Source: an uncultured archaeon (GTDB taxonomy: Archaea > Asgardarchaeota > Lokiarchaeia > Sigyniarchaeales > Promethearchaeaceae). Taken from it: DNA of 32,000 nucleotides. The notes below the pieces were generated by a model. It did no database searches and was not told the origin of the DNA. It saw nothing but the letters and a program-made list of their open reading frames with translations. This document shows positions 8,106-17,934 of the stretch, piece after piece (the stretch's first letter is position 1; each line of letters starts with the position of its first letter). The DNA lies in the NCBI GenBank assembly GCA_964426185.1, contig CAYRPF010000022.1, positions 1-32,000 on the forward strand. Reading direction: 5' to 3'. Made by a program: the position numbers and the translations under genes.

Positions 8106-9146
8106 ATGAATTACTCTATGAATCGGAAATATTACATTGGGGTCGACATCGGAGGAACAAATGTTCGTACTGTTTTTGCGACCGATTCTGAATATTTGTT
8201 AAAAATAGTCCAACCCACAAGAAAAACTGGACCGGATACCACATTGGTTTCTCAAGTCATCCAAATGATTGAATCAGGGCTCTCAACTCTAAATATTCAT
8301 AAGGGCGAGATCTATGGAATTGGAACCAGTTCAGCTGGACCATTTGTAGATGGCGGGACAAAGATTTGGACGCCAAATATATCGGGCGTGGGCAATGATT
8401 GGAAGGGTGTTCCATATATTAAACCTTTGAGAGAATATTTTGGTCCAAATTGTATACTGGGCTTGGCAAATGATTGCGTTAGCTCTGTAAAAGCAGAACA
8501 ATTATTTGGAGCAGGTCAAGGATATTCAAATTTAGTATATGTGACCATCAGCACCGGAGTGGGAGGCGGAATTATTGTCAATAATCACTTACTTAAAGGA
8601 AAATCCAAAAATGCTGGTCATGTGGGGCATCTGATCGTGAAAAAAGATGGACCATTATGCGGTTGTGGGCAGCATGGATGCATTGAAAGTATAGCTTCCG
8701 GTAGAGCGATTGTACGCCGTGCAAAAGAACAAGGTATAAAGTTAGAAAATGGAAAAGGTTTAACCACAAAAGATGTTTTTGACCTATATCATCAAGGAAA
8801 TGCCAAAGCTCAAGAATTAATTCATGAAACAATTGAATATTTAGGCATTATGTTCAGTGATATTATCTCTATTGCAGATCCTGAGATTATCATCATTGGT
8901 GGTAGTGTTTTTATCTATAATCAAGACCTTCTCTTGCCGAAAATTATCAGTTATGTCAAAGATAACTCTTTTGCTCAAATATCCAAAGGAGTAAAATTTG
9001 TCCCCAGCCAGTTAAAAGAATTTGTGGGGGATTTAGCAGGATTATCCCTGATTTTTCCATCCGAAGTTATCTCAAAGTGGCAGCAATTGCAACCTTGGCG
9101 TAAAAAAATCAAGATCAAGGATCAAGTCGTTGATAAAGTGAATTAA
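8106..9146 (+). CDS. ROK family sugar kinase (glucokinase-like)
   Basis: IGVDIGGT, ND..., TISTGVGGGII and GHVGH...CGCGQHGCIESIASG (Zn motif). No N-terminal HTH. The start could be 8118. Confidence 0.93.
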   Translation: MNYSMNRKYYIGVDIGGTNVRTVFATDSEYLLKIVQPTRKTGPDTTLVSQVIQMIESGLSTLNIHKGEIYGIGTSSAGPFVDGGTKIWTPNISGVGNDWKGVPYIKPLREYFGPNCILGLANDCVSSVKAEQLFGAGQGYSNLVYVTISTGVGGGIIVNNHLLKGKSKNAGHVGHLIVKKDGPLCGCGQHGCIESIASGRAIVRRAKEQGIKLENGKGLTTKDVFDLYHQGNAKAQELIHETIEYLGIMFSDIISIADPEIIIIGGSVFIYNQDLLLPKIISYVKDNSFAQISKGVKFVPSQLKEFVGDLAGLSLIFPSEVISKWQQLQPWRKKIKIKDQVVDKVN

Positions 9147-12100
9147 TTTTTGGGATTATTTGAAGTGTTTTTTTTATTGCAGTAATCATCTTGAGCAAAT
9201 ATGTGAGTTCTTCAAAGGAGAGAGGTCTTCTGATTGTATTCCATTTTCGTTCTTTAGAATAAATTCTGCTATTAAGAAATTGAGGTATTTGCGTAATACC
9301 ACCGAGGGAAAACTTCCAAACATCGAGCGAAATTGGGCGAATCCATGGAATTTTGTTTTTACTTAAGTAAAGTGTTTCAGAGATTGAGTCATAATAATAA
9401 TCCCTTATGATCCATTCATCTGCTCCAATATCTGCTGTTTCCAATCTAGGATCAATATCTAATTGAAGTAGGTGAATTTCAGTAAGGTTTTGGCCCAATT
9501 TACTTAGATCGTAAAAGATCTCTCCATCAGCTGGTAAGGGGATTCGGGGAAAGTCTTTTCGTAAAAATTCATCATATCGAGTCCGATAATGTGGGCAATG
9601 CAGAACTGCGTATATATAATAAAACATCTGCTTATCTGTAACCGAATAGGGAAGATCTGGTAAAATCATATTTGATTTTCCCTTAAATGATAGCAAAAAT
9701 GCATAAGCGGTATCGGTAACACTCATATAGCATTTTTCTATTAGTTTGTCTGCAATCCAAGCAGTGCAGAAATTTTTCTTGCGGGAAGATTTTGTGACAG
9801 TTAGAGCTGGGTTGTCTGCAGTAATCATATCAATATATCCCATGCGATGCCCTTCCAAGATATGACGATCATACACGATATATCGATAATCCCATCCTCG
9901 GTAAAGTATTGGCTTGATTTTTTGCATGCACTCCGAAAAACTCGTCTTGGAATAAACTTTAGCGCGATTCCATGATTTAGTATCATTATAGCGAATTTGC
10001 CACTTGTCCAGTAATGAAAATTTCTTGTGAAAAAAGGCTTCCATATTCTTTTCTAAATTCTGAGGGTCACAATCGATTACCAAGCGATCTTTTCCAGCCA
10101 TTATACCGCTTATAGGACGTTTTCTAAAGAATTTGTTTAATGGGACAAAACTTTGATAGTGAGTTAAAAAGGTGGTATCGATATCCACAAAAAAGGATTT
10201 GGGTGTAGGTGGTAGCAGTTTGAATCTCTTTTCATCGAAACCTTGGGCTAATATTTCGAATTTTGATTCTTTTGTAGGATTGGGTACATCCATATAATGT
10301 ATAGCAGCATTTTTTGGTGAGCAATTATCTATTCGGATCATAAATGCAATGCATACCCCAACCTTGATGTTGAACGGATTTCCGGATTCTTTTTTCCGAT
10401 AATCTCCGTGTAAATTGACGATATATATGTGATCAAAGGTTTTTTGCAGCGATTTTCTCATTACGGAAAACATCTGTCCGTCTAAATATTTATTGTTAGT
10501 AATAAAAGCTACGATACCCTTACCAACTTGCTCAATTTTCCATTGGGCAAATCGGATGAATTTTACATAATCATCTGATAATATTTTTTTATTTCGTTCT
10601 TGTAAATCTTGTTTGTAGTCTTGAATTTTTTCATTTATCCATTTGCAATCATTTTGACTGCTGAGATTATAGGGAGGATTGCCCATGATGACAAAAATAT
10701 CCTCTTTATCTCTAATTCGTAATGCTTCTTTTATTTCCTTCCCAATTTCTGTATTATGAAACATCCATTCATCTAGTGTCTTATCCTTTGGAGGACTCAT
10801 CAATGTATTCATTAAGTAGGATTTTAAGGGATAATCTACAGCTTTCAAAGGCAATCCTAAATTATCTAAGGTCAGAAAGGTGCGTATATGACCTAATACA
10901 TAAGGTGCCATGAGAATTTCAAAGGAATAAACGTTACCAAAGAATTCTGAAATCACCCAATCTTTAAACTCAGCGTGGGCTAATCCTGGCTGTTTTTCGT
11001 ATTTCTTTTCCATAAGTTCTTTAGCAATATGAAGTAAACCTGAAGCAAATGCCATTGTCCCGGCAGCAGGATCCAAAATTCTCAAACATTGTATGGGAAT
11101 TTGAAGCGGACGGCTTGTTTGCAATTTTTGCTGAATAAACTTTGAAGCCGGAATGTTTAAGAGATTTTTTGAAGATAATTCTTTCTTAACTGTTCGAGAA
11201 AGAATTCCATCCCGCTTATTAAACCATCTTTTCAGAAAGAAATCGATTCCCTTAATGATAAATTCCACAACTTCATAAGGAGTATAAATCACTCCCCGCT
11301 CTTTGGCAGTTTTTGGGTCGTATAGATTTAGAAAGTCGCTGTAAAATGTGGTGATTAAAGTTTCTGAATTACTGATTATGGGTTTAAACTGTGTTTTCTG
11401 GAACCTGACTTCCATTTCTTGGAATAATGGTTTAAATTCCAAAGGGGTTTGATTTTTCAAGTTTAGAAAAAGATTGCGGAGAAAGCTTCCAAAAGGTAGA
11501 TAATCACCAACTGTATATAGTGAAAATTTAGATGATTTATCTGGATTTTGCTGATGATACTTAATCCAAGCAGAGAATGCACCATAAACTAATGTTTGGG
11601 CAAATAAATCTGCAAACATATCTATCTTAGGGCTTTTTTCTTCTTTGAAAATTGATTTGGCAAAGTCTTCTTTTATTTGGATTAGATATTGAGCTGCCTT
11701 TTTTTGAGAAGATGACATCTCTTCCCCATTTAAAAATGCCATTAATATTTTTTTTGTTTTTTCCTTTATTTTAATCGCAATGCTGGCTAAAGGATGTATA
11801 AGTTTTTTTACATTAGAAATGTTCTGAAGGTGTTCCGAACAAGTGGCTGTCAGCAGCTGTTGTAAGTTGGAAGAAGCGTTTTTAGCTGGAATAAGTGTTT
11901 TTTTTGCATTTATTTTCAACAATTGACAGGAAAATTGGAATTCTATTTTTTTAGTAGTAGTTGGTTGCTGTTCTTGAATGGAGTTTTTTGGTTTCACCAA
12001 CCAGAGATTTAGAAAATCTGTGATTAATACTTGAGCGCCCTCCTTCTGATATCGCTCAATTTGATTGAATAATCTGGATCCTGGTTTATATTCAATAATT

Positions 12101-12378
12101 TCCTTCACCGGAGTAAAAGGTTTCTTTGCTTCTATATGAAAGAGAACCATCCCATTAAATGTCACTGTCATATCGGGTTTATTGCGCGAACCTGAAATTT
12201 TATATCCACTTTGTATGAGATAACCTCTTGAAGGTGGAAAGATGGTTTCTAAGAATTGTTTGAACTCATCGTAATAGGTGATCTCTGTGGCTGTTCCGCT
12301 TTCTAAATGAAGCGCAGTTTTATGTGCATATTCTTGAAATGACTTCGGGGACACAAGGATAATATCTGGGATTTCCAT
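9115..12378 (-). CDS. Single-chain Type IIG / Type ISP-like restriction-modification enzyme (PD-ExK nuclease, N6-adenine MTase, C-terminal specificity domain)
   Basis: KPDM...HIEAKKP, FAQTLVYG, GVIYTPYEVVEFI, ILDPAAGT, MGNPPY, DDYVKFIRFA, NLHGD and YIYAVLH..YRTRY..FLRKDFPRIP. No helicase motifs. ATG at 12378. Overlaps the ROK 3' end by 32 bp. Confidence 0.88.
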   Translation of the reverse strand: MEIPDIILVSPKSFQEYAHKTALHLESGTATEITYYDEFKQFLETIFPPSRGYLIQSGYKISGSRNKPDMTVTFNGMVLFHIEAKKPFTPVKEIIEYKPGSRLFNQIERYQKEGAQVLITDFLNLWLVKPKNSIQEQQPTTTKKIEFQFSCQLLKINAKKTLIPAKNASSNLQQLLTATCSEHLQNISNVKKLIHPLASIAIKIKEKTKKILMAFLNGEEMSSSQKKAAQYLIQIKEDFAKSIFKEEKSPKIDMFADLFAQTLVYGAFSAWIKYHQQNPDKSSKFSLYTVGDYLPFGSFLRNLFLNLKNQTPLEFKPLFQEMEVRFQKTQFKPIISNSETLITTFYSDFLNLYDPKTAKERGVIYTPYEVVEFIIKGIDFFLKRWFNKRDGILSRTVKKELSSKNLLNIPASKFIQQKLQTSRPLQIPIQCLRILDPAAGTMAFASGLLHIAKELMEKKYEKQPGLAHAEFKDWVISEFFGNVYSFEILMAPYVLGHIRTFLTLDNLGLPLKAVDYPLKSYLMNTLMSPPKDKTLDEWMFHNTEIGKEIKEALRIRDKEDIFVIMGNPPYNLSSQNDCKWINEKIQDYKQDLQERNKKILSDDYVKFIRFAQWKIEQVGKGIVAFITNNKYLDGQMFSVMRKSLQKTFDHIYIVNLHGDYRKKESGNPFNIKVGVCIAFMIRIDNCSPKNAAIHYMDVPNPTKESKFEILAQGFDEKRFKLLPPTPKSFFVDIDTTFLTHYQSFVPLNKFFRKRPISGIMAGKDRLVIDCDPQNLEKNMEAFFHKKFSLLDKWQIRYNDTKSWNRAKVYSKTSFSECMQKIKPILYRGWDYRYIVYDRHILEGHRMGYIDMITADNPALTVTKSSRKKNFCTAWIADKLIEKCYMSVTDTAYAFLLSFKGKSNMILPDLPYSVTDKQMFYYIYAVLHCPHYRTRYDEFLRKDFPRIPLPADGEIFYDLSKLGQNLTEIHLLQLDIDPRLETADIGADEWIIRDYYYDSISETLYLSKNKIPWIRPISLDVWKFSLGGITQIPQFLNSRIYSKERKWNTIRRPLSFEELTYLLKMITAIKKTLQIIPKINSLYQRLDP

Positions 12379-12487
12379 GAATATAGTCAAGTTAAATTAA
12401 ATCTCATGGATTTTATTAAGGCAATAAGATCCAAATAACATTCATCCATAAAAATTACTACATTTTGCTCTCAAAAATTGAGATATA

Positions 12488-12631
12488 TTACCGAATAAAT
12501 CCGAAAAATATCCATAAACCAACCAATAAAATTGTAATTAATAACCAAAGCCAGAATTTTCGATTGTTTTTTCTTTTAAACCGTTCATAACGAGCCAATT
12601 TTTCCTCATCGGTCAAATTTTCATTTTCCAT
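12488..12631 (-). CDS. Small (47 aa) single-pass, tail-anchored-like membrane protein, below the ORF-track cutoff
   Basis: MENENLTDEEKLARYERFKRKNNRKFWLWLLITILLVGLWIFFGFIR*. Acidic start, basic patch and a C-terminal ~21-aa hydrophobic helix. Same strand as both neighbours. Confidence 0.65.
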   Translation of the reverse strand: MENENLTDEEKLARYERFKRKNNRKFWLWLLITILLVGLWIFFGFIR

Positions 12632-12708
12632 TTGTAAACATAACACATTTTCATTCTAAAATATTGCTCTGAATAGAATTCGAATTCAAAAAGTGATTGT
12701 TTTATCTA

Positions 12709-13440
12709 CTAGGATTTTTTTGATTTGTTCGTTCTGAATTCGAATAGCGTTTTTAGCGGGAATACCATGTTGAAAGCGAGGTAAGGATGAATTAATTGCG
12801 TGCTTTTTGATTGTTCTTTATCAATGTAAGCTAATGTTTTCCGCATTAATTCTTGATAATCTTGTAAATATCGTTGAAAAGCTGCTTCAGAAAGCGGGAT
12901 TAAATCTCGAGGAACTTGATGAGATTGGTGAAAATTTAGGGCTTCCACTTCGGATTGAATTCTTTGCTGATTTTTAGCATAAAACTCTCCTAATCGGTGT
13001 AAAAATTCCCTAATCGTTTCAAAAAGTAAAATATTATACTTAAATACCGTGCGAGAATAGTCCAAAATTTCCGAAGGTGATGCTGTATCGAGTTTTTCAA
13101 ACGGTTCATACAATTTTTTATGAAAATCGGGGTGCAGTATAAAATATTTAATAGGTTTAATTGAATGAGCTTCTTTTTCATTTAATTCAAGAATTAAACC
13201 ATGTTCTCGCAGCATTTTCATGTGATAAATGATGGTATTTTTTGATTTTTGCATTAATTCACTTATTCTTGTCAAGCTTAATTTCCGGTAAATGAAAAGG
13301 AGTAACAGTGCTTCTAATCTGGATTTGCTATTTAAAGTTTTAACTATTCCGAATTTTTCAGTTAAAGGGGAGGTTTTTTTGTTTTCTTTTATCGTCAATT
13401 TGGAAGATTTTGAAAGAGAATTTTGCGATTTTGATGGCAT
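12709..13440 (-). CDS. ArsR-like winged-helix transcriptional regulator
   Basis: LNSKSRLEALLLL..YRKLSLTRISELMQKSKNTIIYHMKMLREHGLI followed by a wing ending KYF. Confidence 0.85.
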   Translation of the reverse strand: MPSKSQNSLSKSSKLTIKENKKTSPLTEKFGIVKTLNSKSRLEALLLLFIYRKLSLTRISELMQKSKNTIIYHMKMLREHGLILELNEKEAHSIKPIKYFILHPDFHKKLYEPFEKLDTASPSEILDYSRTVFKYNILLFETIREFLHRLGEFYAKNQQRIQSEVEALNFHQSHQVPRDLIPLSEAAFQRYLQDYQELMRKTLAYIDKEQSKSTQLIHPYLAFNMVFPLKTLFEFRTNKSKKS

Positions 13441-13513
13441 TTTTTTACCTACTCTTGAATATGGGGCCTTCTTCTAAGAAAAATTAAAAAAAATTTACAA
13501 AAGAAAAATTAAG

Positions 13514-15151
13514 TTATGTTCGATATACAGGTTCTAAACCAGATTGAAAATGCCTTAAACTGAGTTCTCTCCCACGGGAAATACGAACCTTAGGAATAAT
13601 ATGCTTATTCTTGTATAATTCAGTTATTGCAGCTACTGTATAATCGATGTCTGCTTTGGTGTATGCATTTCTAGGAATTGCAAATCTGACAAAATTAAGA
13701 ATTCCCTTTCGCTCTTCAGGACTACGTTGATCCCATTCAAAAGCAAATGGGCCTAATTCACAAGCGCGAATTCCGTAATGTCGTAATAATTCTATAGTAA
13801 ATCCTACTCCTCCAAAATCTTCCGTGGTCAAATCCGTTCCTTCCAAAAATCTGTCCATATCAATGTAAACAGCATGACCACCCGGAGGTAGAATTACAGG
13901 AATGTCTCTTTTTCCTAATTCTGCAGCAAAATATTGAGTTAAGCCGATTCTTGCCTTTAAATATGATTCCTTCACCACTTCATATAATCCCATAGTCAAG
14001 GCCATGATATCTCGTCCGCTTAAAGCGCCGTAAGAATCATTTCCAATAGTAACAATTTGTTTTTCTTTAATTCTGATACCGACATTTTTGCCGTTAAGAG
14101 AATATTTCTGAACAAATACGCCATTATCTCGTAAGAATAATGCGCCTCCCATATTGGCTAATCCATCTTTTTTCAGACTAATGGTGAAACCATCGGCATA
14201 AGAGAACATTTCCTGAACAATGGATTTGACTGATTTATCTCCATATCCATCTTCATATTGCTTAATGAAATATGCATTTTCAGCAAAACGGCAAGCATCA
14301 AAAAATAATGGAATATTGTATTTATCTGCAATTGATTTAACTTCTTTAATATTTGCCATTGAAACGGGTTGCCCTGCCACAGAATTATTCGTTATTGTAA
14401 GATAAATTAAAGGAATCGAATCCGCTCCACGTTCTTGAATAATTGTCTCCAATTGGGCTACGTCCATATTCCCTTTGAAGGGATTGGAATTGGGGGTATC
14501 TTCAACTCGAAATGGCTCTAAAACCACTTTCTTATCGAAAACATTAATGGGGTCGATGTTTACCGCCCGAATATTTGCTCCAGTTGTATCAAAATGTCCA
14601 TTATTTGGGATAGCATAATGTTTAGAAGGATCAATTTCATGTAAGATTTCTGCTAAAGTGGAGAATAATAAGTGTTCTGCCACACGTCCTTGAGGACATA
14701 TAAATGTGTTAGGGCGCATTAATTGATATTTTCCTCCATTGACAAATCCGCCTTCATAGCTCTTCAAATACAGTTCTTCCATTAGTAATTGTGTGGATTC
14801 TTCTCCCTTCATAATCAAATCTAATGGTCTTAAAGGATGTTCTCCCCGCTCGAAAGTGTCTCGGAACGCTTCTAGCAGTACATAATAGCCCCGATTGCGA
14901 CCGTAGGATTCGTCTCCGAGCATTAATGCTGCCCACTGCAAGTCCGTCATAGAGGTGGTTCCGCTATCGGAGAGATAATCCAGATATAAAAGATCTGCTG
15001 GGAATGAAAACATATTATATTCGGTTTCCTTTAAAATCCGTTCCCGTTGTTCACGGGTGACTGTTTTATAATTACGGACAATATAGGCTTTATGAGATGG
15101 CAAAGGCGCGTCGAGTTCATCTTGAGATTTTAGTTGATTTGTTTTTGACAT
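13514..15151 (-). CDS. tnaA: Tryptophanase (PLP-dependent beta-eliminating lyase), long form
   Basis: DYLSDSGT, GDESYG, QGRVAE, FDACRFAENAYFIK, SLKKDG (PLP Lys) and PPGGHAVYID. HFDTT and LRHF favour tryptophanase over tyrosine phenol-lyase (FTTT/LRFF). ATG at 15151 is likely. Confidence 0.88.
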   Translation of the reverse strand: MSKTNQLKSQDELDAPLPSHKAYIVRNYKTVTREQRERILKETEYNMFSFPADLLYLDYLSDSGTTSMTDLQWAALMLGDESYGRNRGYYVLLEAFRDTFERGEHPLRPLDLIMKGEESTQLLMEELYLKSYEGGFVNGGKYQLMRPNTFICPQGRVAEHLLFSTLAEILHEIDPSKHYAIPNNGHFDTTGANIRAVNIDPINVFDKKVVLEPFRVEDTPNSNPFKGNMDVAQLETIIQERGADSIPLIYLTITNNSVAGQPVSMANIKEVKSIADKYNIPLFFDACRFAENAYFIKQYEDGYGDKSVKSIVQEMFSYADGFTISLKKDGLANMGGALFLRDNGVFVQKYSLNGKNVGIRIKEKQIVTIGNDSYGALSGRDIMALTMGLYEVVKESYLKARIGLTQYFAAELGKRDIPVILPPGGHAVYIDMDRFLEGTDLTTEDFGGVGFTIELLRHYGIRACELGPFAFEWDQRSPEERKGILNFVRFAIPRNAYTKADIDYTVAAITELYKNKHIIPKVRISRGRELSLRHFQSGLEPVYRT

Positions 15152-15506
15152 GATATCTTCACGCTGGTCTTTGTTTTTAAGATAAAAAACGAGAAAATGA
15201 GTTATGTTAGTTCTTATAAAAAAAGTTCTATAATTAAGCATATAACGAAAAGTATTTAACTATTCGCGAAAAATTTTGATATTTATCTCACATAGAAGGA
15301 AAACCGATATTTATCCAATAAAAGGGCTAAATTAACGATAAAATGGGAAAATAATAATTAATTCGCTAGGTTTTATGAAATATCATAATACATTCAATTT
15401 TAGGTATTCGATTGACTGAAAATATATGATTTAAAGAAGATGTATTTAATTTCAAATTTAATGGAGAAAATTAAATGTTTGGAATACTTGTGTACTGTGA
15501 AAAAAT

Positions 15507-15884
15507 ATGAATTTCTGTATTCATGGATATCCGATTGAAAACTGCCCGCACTGCTTGAAAACTATGGGCATTAAACCACCTATACAATTAGTAAAACCAG
15601 CCCCTCGAGAGATTCCAATGCCAATTTCCCACAAAGAAAAATTATTGAACTCAAATAAAATCACACCAACACCACTTTTTAAGGGATCTACATCAATTAT
15701 GCGTGAAATTAAGCCCATTCCTCGACAATTTCACCTTGAATCTACACAGATCCATGAGAACGAATCTCTCTTTCTCCAACGGAAAAAATTACTGGAAGAA
15801 AAGTATAAAATTGGCTCCGAATCGGAAAATCTTTTTCAACCTGAACAATTAATTGATCTTAAGAAAAAATTTACATTAAATTAA
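15507..15884 (+). CDS. Hypothetical protein with an N-terminal CIHG-x5-CPHC putative Zn site
   Basis: Clean ORF. CxH..CxxC motif followed by a Pro-rich region. Confidence 0.7.
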   Translation: MNFCIHGYPIENCPHCLKTMGIKPPIQLVKPAPREIPMPISHKEKLLNSNKITPTPLFKGSTSIMREIKPIPRQFHLESTQIHENESLFLQRKKLLEEKYKIGSESENLFQPEQLIDLKKKFTLN

Positions 15885-16396
15885 ATTTTCCAGCTTGGGG
15901 GTGCAATAATTCCAATTTTCTTTCGCATCCCAGTTTTTATTATATGGTAAGGAAATTTCAATTTTCCAGCGATTTTTTGAATTAAAACAAGTTCACCGCC
16001 TCGGTTAGCATCATCGAATATTAAAGGAACTTGTGTGTTAAATAATTCCAAATTATGTAAGAAGCCTTCTCGTCCTATTTTTTTTGGTGGGCCGTCAATT
16101 AAAATGAAATCATAATGCTTTGGAATTTTTTTTTGTATCTTTTTGGTATCATACCAAGAATATTCTCCGTAATTTATAATAGGCGCATAAATGTAATTAG
16201 AAGGAGCTTTTCCTACCCATTCGGGATTATGTTCAATGGAATATACTGAATAATGTTTGGTAAACTCTTTGGTGGCATTACCTGAACCCAATTCTAACAT
16301 TACATTTCCATCTGGAAAATGGGCAAGAATCCAATTAAAAGTTTCTCTTGAGATAGAGGCAAAGCCAAATCTTCCCAATTGTTTAAGACGTTCCAT
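15881..16396 (-). CDS. Class I SAM-dependent methyltransferase-like protein
   Basis: MLELGSG, SIEHNPEW, YDFILIDGPP and LIFDD. Start 16396 (ATG) or 16417 (TTG). Confidence 0.75.
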   Translation of the reverse strand: MERLKQLGRFGFASISRETFNWILAHFPDGNVMLELGSGNATKEFTKHYSVYSIEHNPEWVGKAPSNYIYAPIINYGEYSWYDTKKIQKKIPKHYDFILIDGPPKKIGREGFLHNLELFNTQVPLIFDDANRGGELVLIQKIAGKLKFPYHIIKTGMRKKIGIIAPPSWKI

Positions 16397-16495
16397 AAAT
16401 AGATTTTTAACCCCCAAAATAAATATGTTATGGGTATATTAATGAAAATTAGAGAATAAAAAATGGATGTTGAAGATCTAACTTGTTATAGAATT

Positions 16496-17716
16496 CTAAA
16501 TGCGAGAGAAGCTCCAATTGGAAAAATCATGGGTAACAGAACGGAGATATTCGATTTTCTCTTGAATTGGAAAATAACGATTAAATCTTTGCATCCTATT
16601 CCAGAGCAGAGCATAGTTTTCATATTTCTCGATCAATTTTCCATTCACTTTCTCCCAACTTCGCTCTTTTGCATATTTTAATCCTGCTTCTCGGAATTTA
16701 TGATATTGTTCTGCATCGGTTAACATTATTTCACAAGCCCGTTTCCATTCTGTCATGTTTTTTGAGGGAACAATTATTCCTCCATTAGATGTTTTAACAA
16801 TTTCCTGACAACCCCCTTTATCAGAAACGATCACAGGGAGTCCGGATGCCAATGCTTCTTGAATTACTTGTCCAAAAGTTTCTGTGGTGGAAGGAAAAAG
16901 GAAAACATCAGAACTGGCATATGCTTTTCCCAGTGCTTCTCCTTCTAAATAACCTGTAAATATGGCTTTAGGCATACTCTTTTCTAAATGTGAGCGAATT
17001 GGACCATCTCCGGCTAATACAAATGCAATGTCCTTATCAAGGCGATCTTCAAAATATCGGTATAATCGCACAAAAGTGCGAAGTCCTTTATACCAAACTA
17101 ATCGACCAACAAAGAGAAATACTTTTTTGTTTTCAGCCCCCCATTGTTTGCGAAGAGTTTGCGAGCGATATTTTGGATTAAATTGATTTCGATCAATGCC
17201 ACGTGACCAAATATCAACGTGTTTAACACCTTTGTGTTGAAGAAGATCTACATATTGTTGGGTTGGGGCGAAAACATTTAGGGCTTTATTATAAACTGCG
17301 ACCATTGCTGGCCACATGGTTTTAACCAACCAGTCTACTTGAAAATATTTCATATATGATTGAAAATCGGTATGATGAATAAAAACTACGGGAATATTAC
17401 GACGTTTGGCATAAACTAAGGTTAATAACCCCATTAAGTCGGGTGTTGCGATATGAATGAGATCTGGCTGAAATTCATCTAATTCTCGATAAAATTTTAT
17501 CGAAGGAAGCGCACAGCGGTAATCCGGATAGAAATTAAATGGAATTGAAGGCACTTCGACTAATTTTAAGCCCTTTCGTTTTTGAGGGGTAATCATTGGG
17601 GCACCTAACAATATTCGGTGGTGTCTCTTTAAAAGAGAATCAACTAATTCATAGGTAGCACGGGCTACTCCATCTTGATTTTTTTTAAAAGTACCACTGT
17701 AAATTGCAAAGCGCAT
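16496..17716 (-). CDS. GT4 glycosyltransferase (MgtA/alpha-mannosyltransferase-like)
   Basis: DGVAR, PDLIHIATP, RGIDRNQFNP, FVGRL, GDGP and FPSTTETFGQVIQEALASGLPV. ATG at 17716. Confidence 0.93.
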   Translation of the reverse strand: MRFAIYSGTFKKNQDGVARATYELVDSLLKRHHRILLGAPMITPQKRKGLKLVEVPSIPFNFYPDYRCALPSIKFYRELDEFQPDLIHIATPDLMGLLTLVYAKRRNIPVVFIHHTDFQSYMKYFQVDWLVKTMWPAMVAVYNKALNVFAPTQQYVDLLQHKGVKHVDIWSRGIDRNQFNPKYRSQTLRKQWGAENKKVFLFVGRLVWYKGLRTFVRLYRYFEDRLDKDIAFVLAGDGPIRSHLEKSMPKAIFTGYLEGEALGKAYASSDVFLFPSTTETFGQVIQEALASGLPVIVSDKGGCQEIVKTSNGGIIVPSKNMTEWKRACEIMLTDAEQYHKFREAGLKYAKERSWEKVNGKLIEKYENYALLWNRMQRFNRYFPIQEKIEYLRSVTHDFSNWSFSRI

Positions 17717-17934
17717 AAGTATAAATTCACCTCGAAACTTATTTATGATTTGGAGTCCAATTTCTATCTTCAAATGGTTACCCAAATAAATAATCTTCAA
17801 TTTGTAACAAACATTTCGATAATATAAATTTAATTATCTGAAAAAAATTGCCCAGAAATTGATAAATCTAAAATATTCTTTCTCTTTTTGGAATTCTGGC
17901 AAATTTTACCTTCATTATGATTTTTTGAAGAAAT

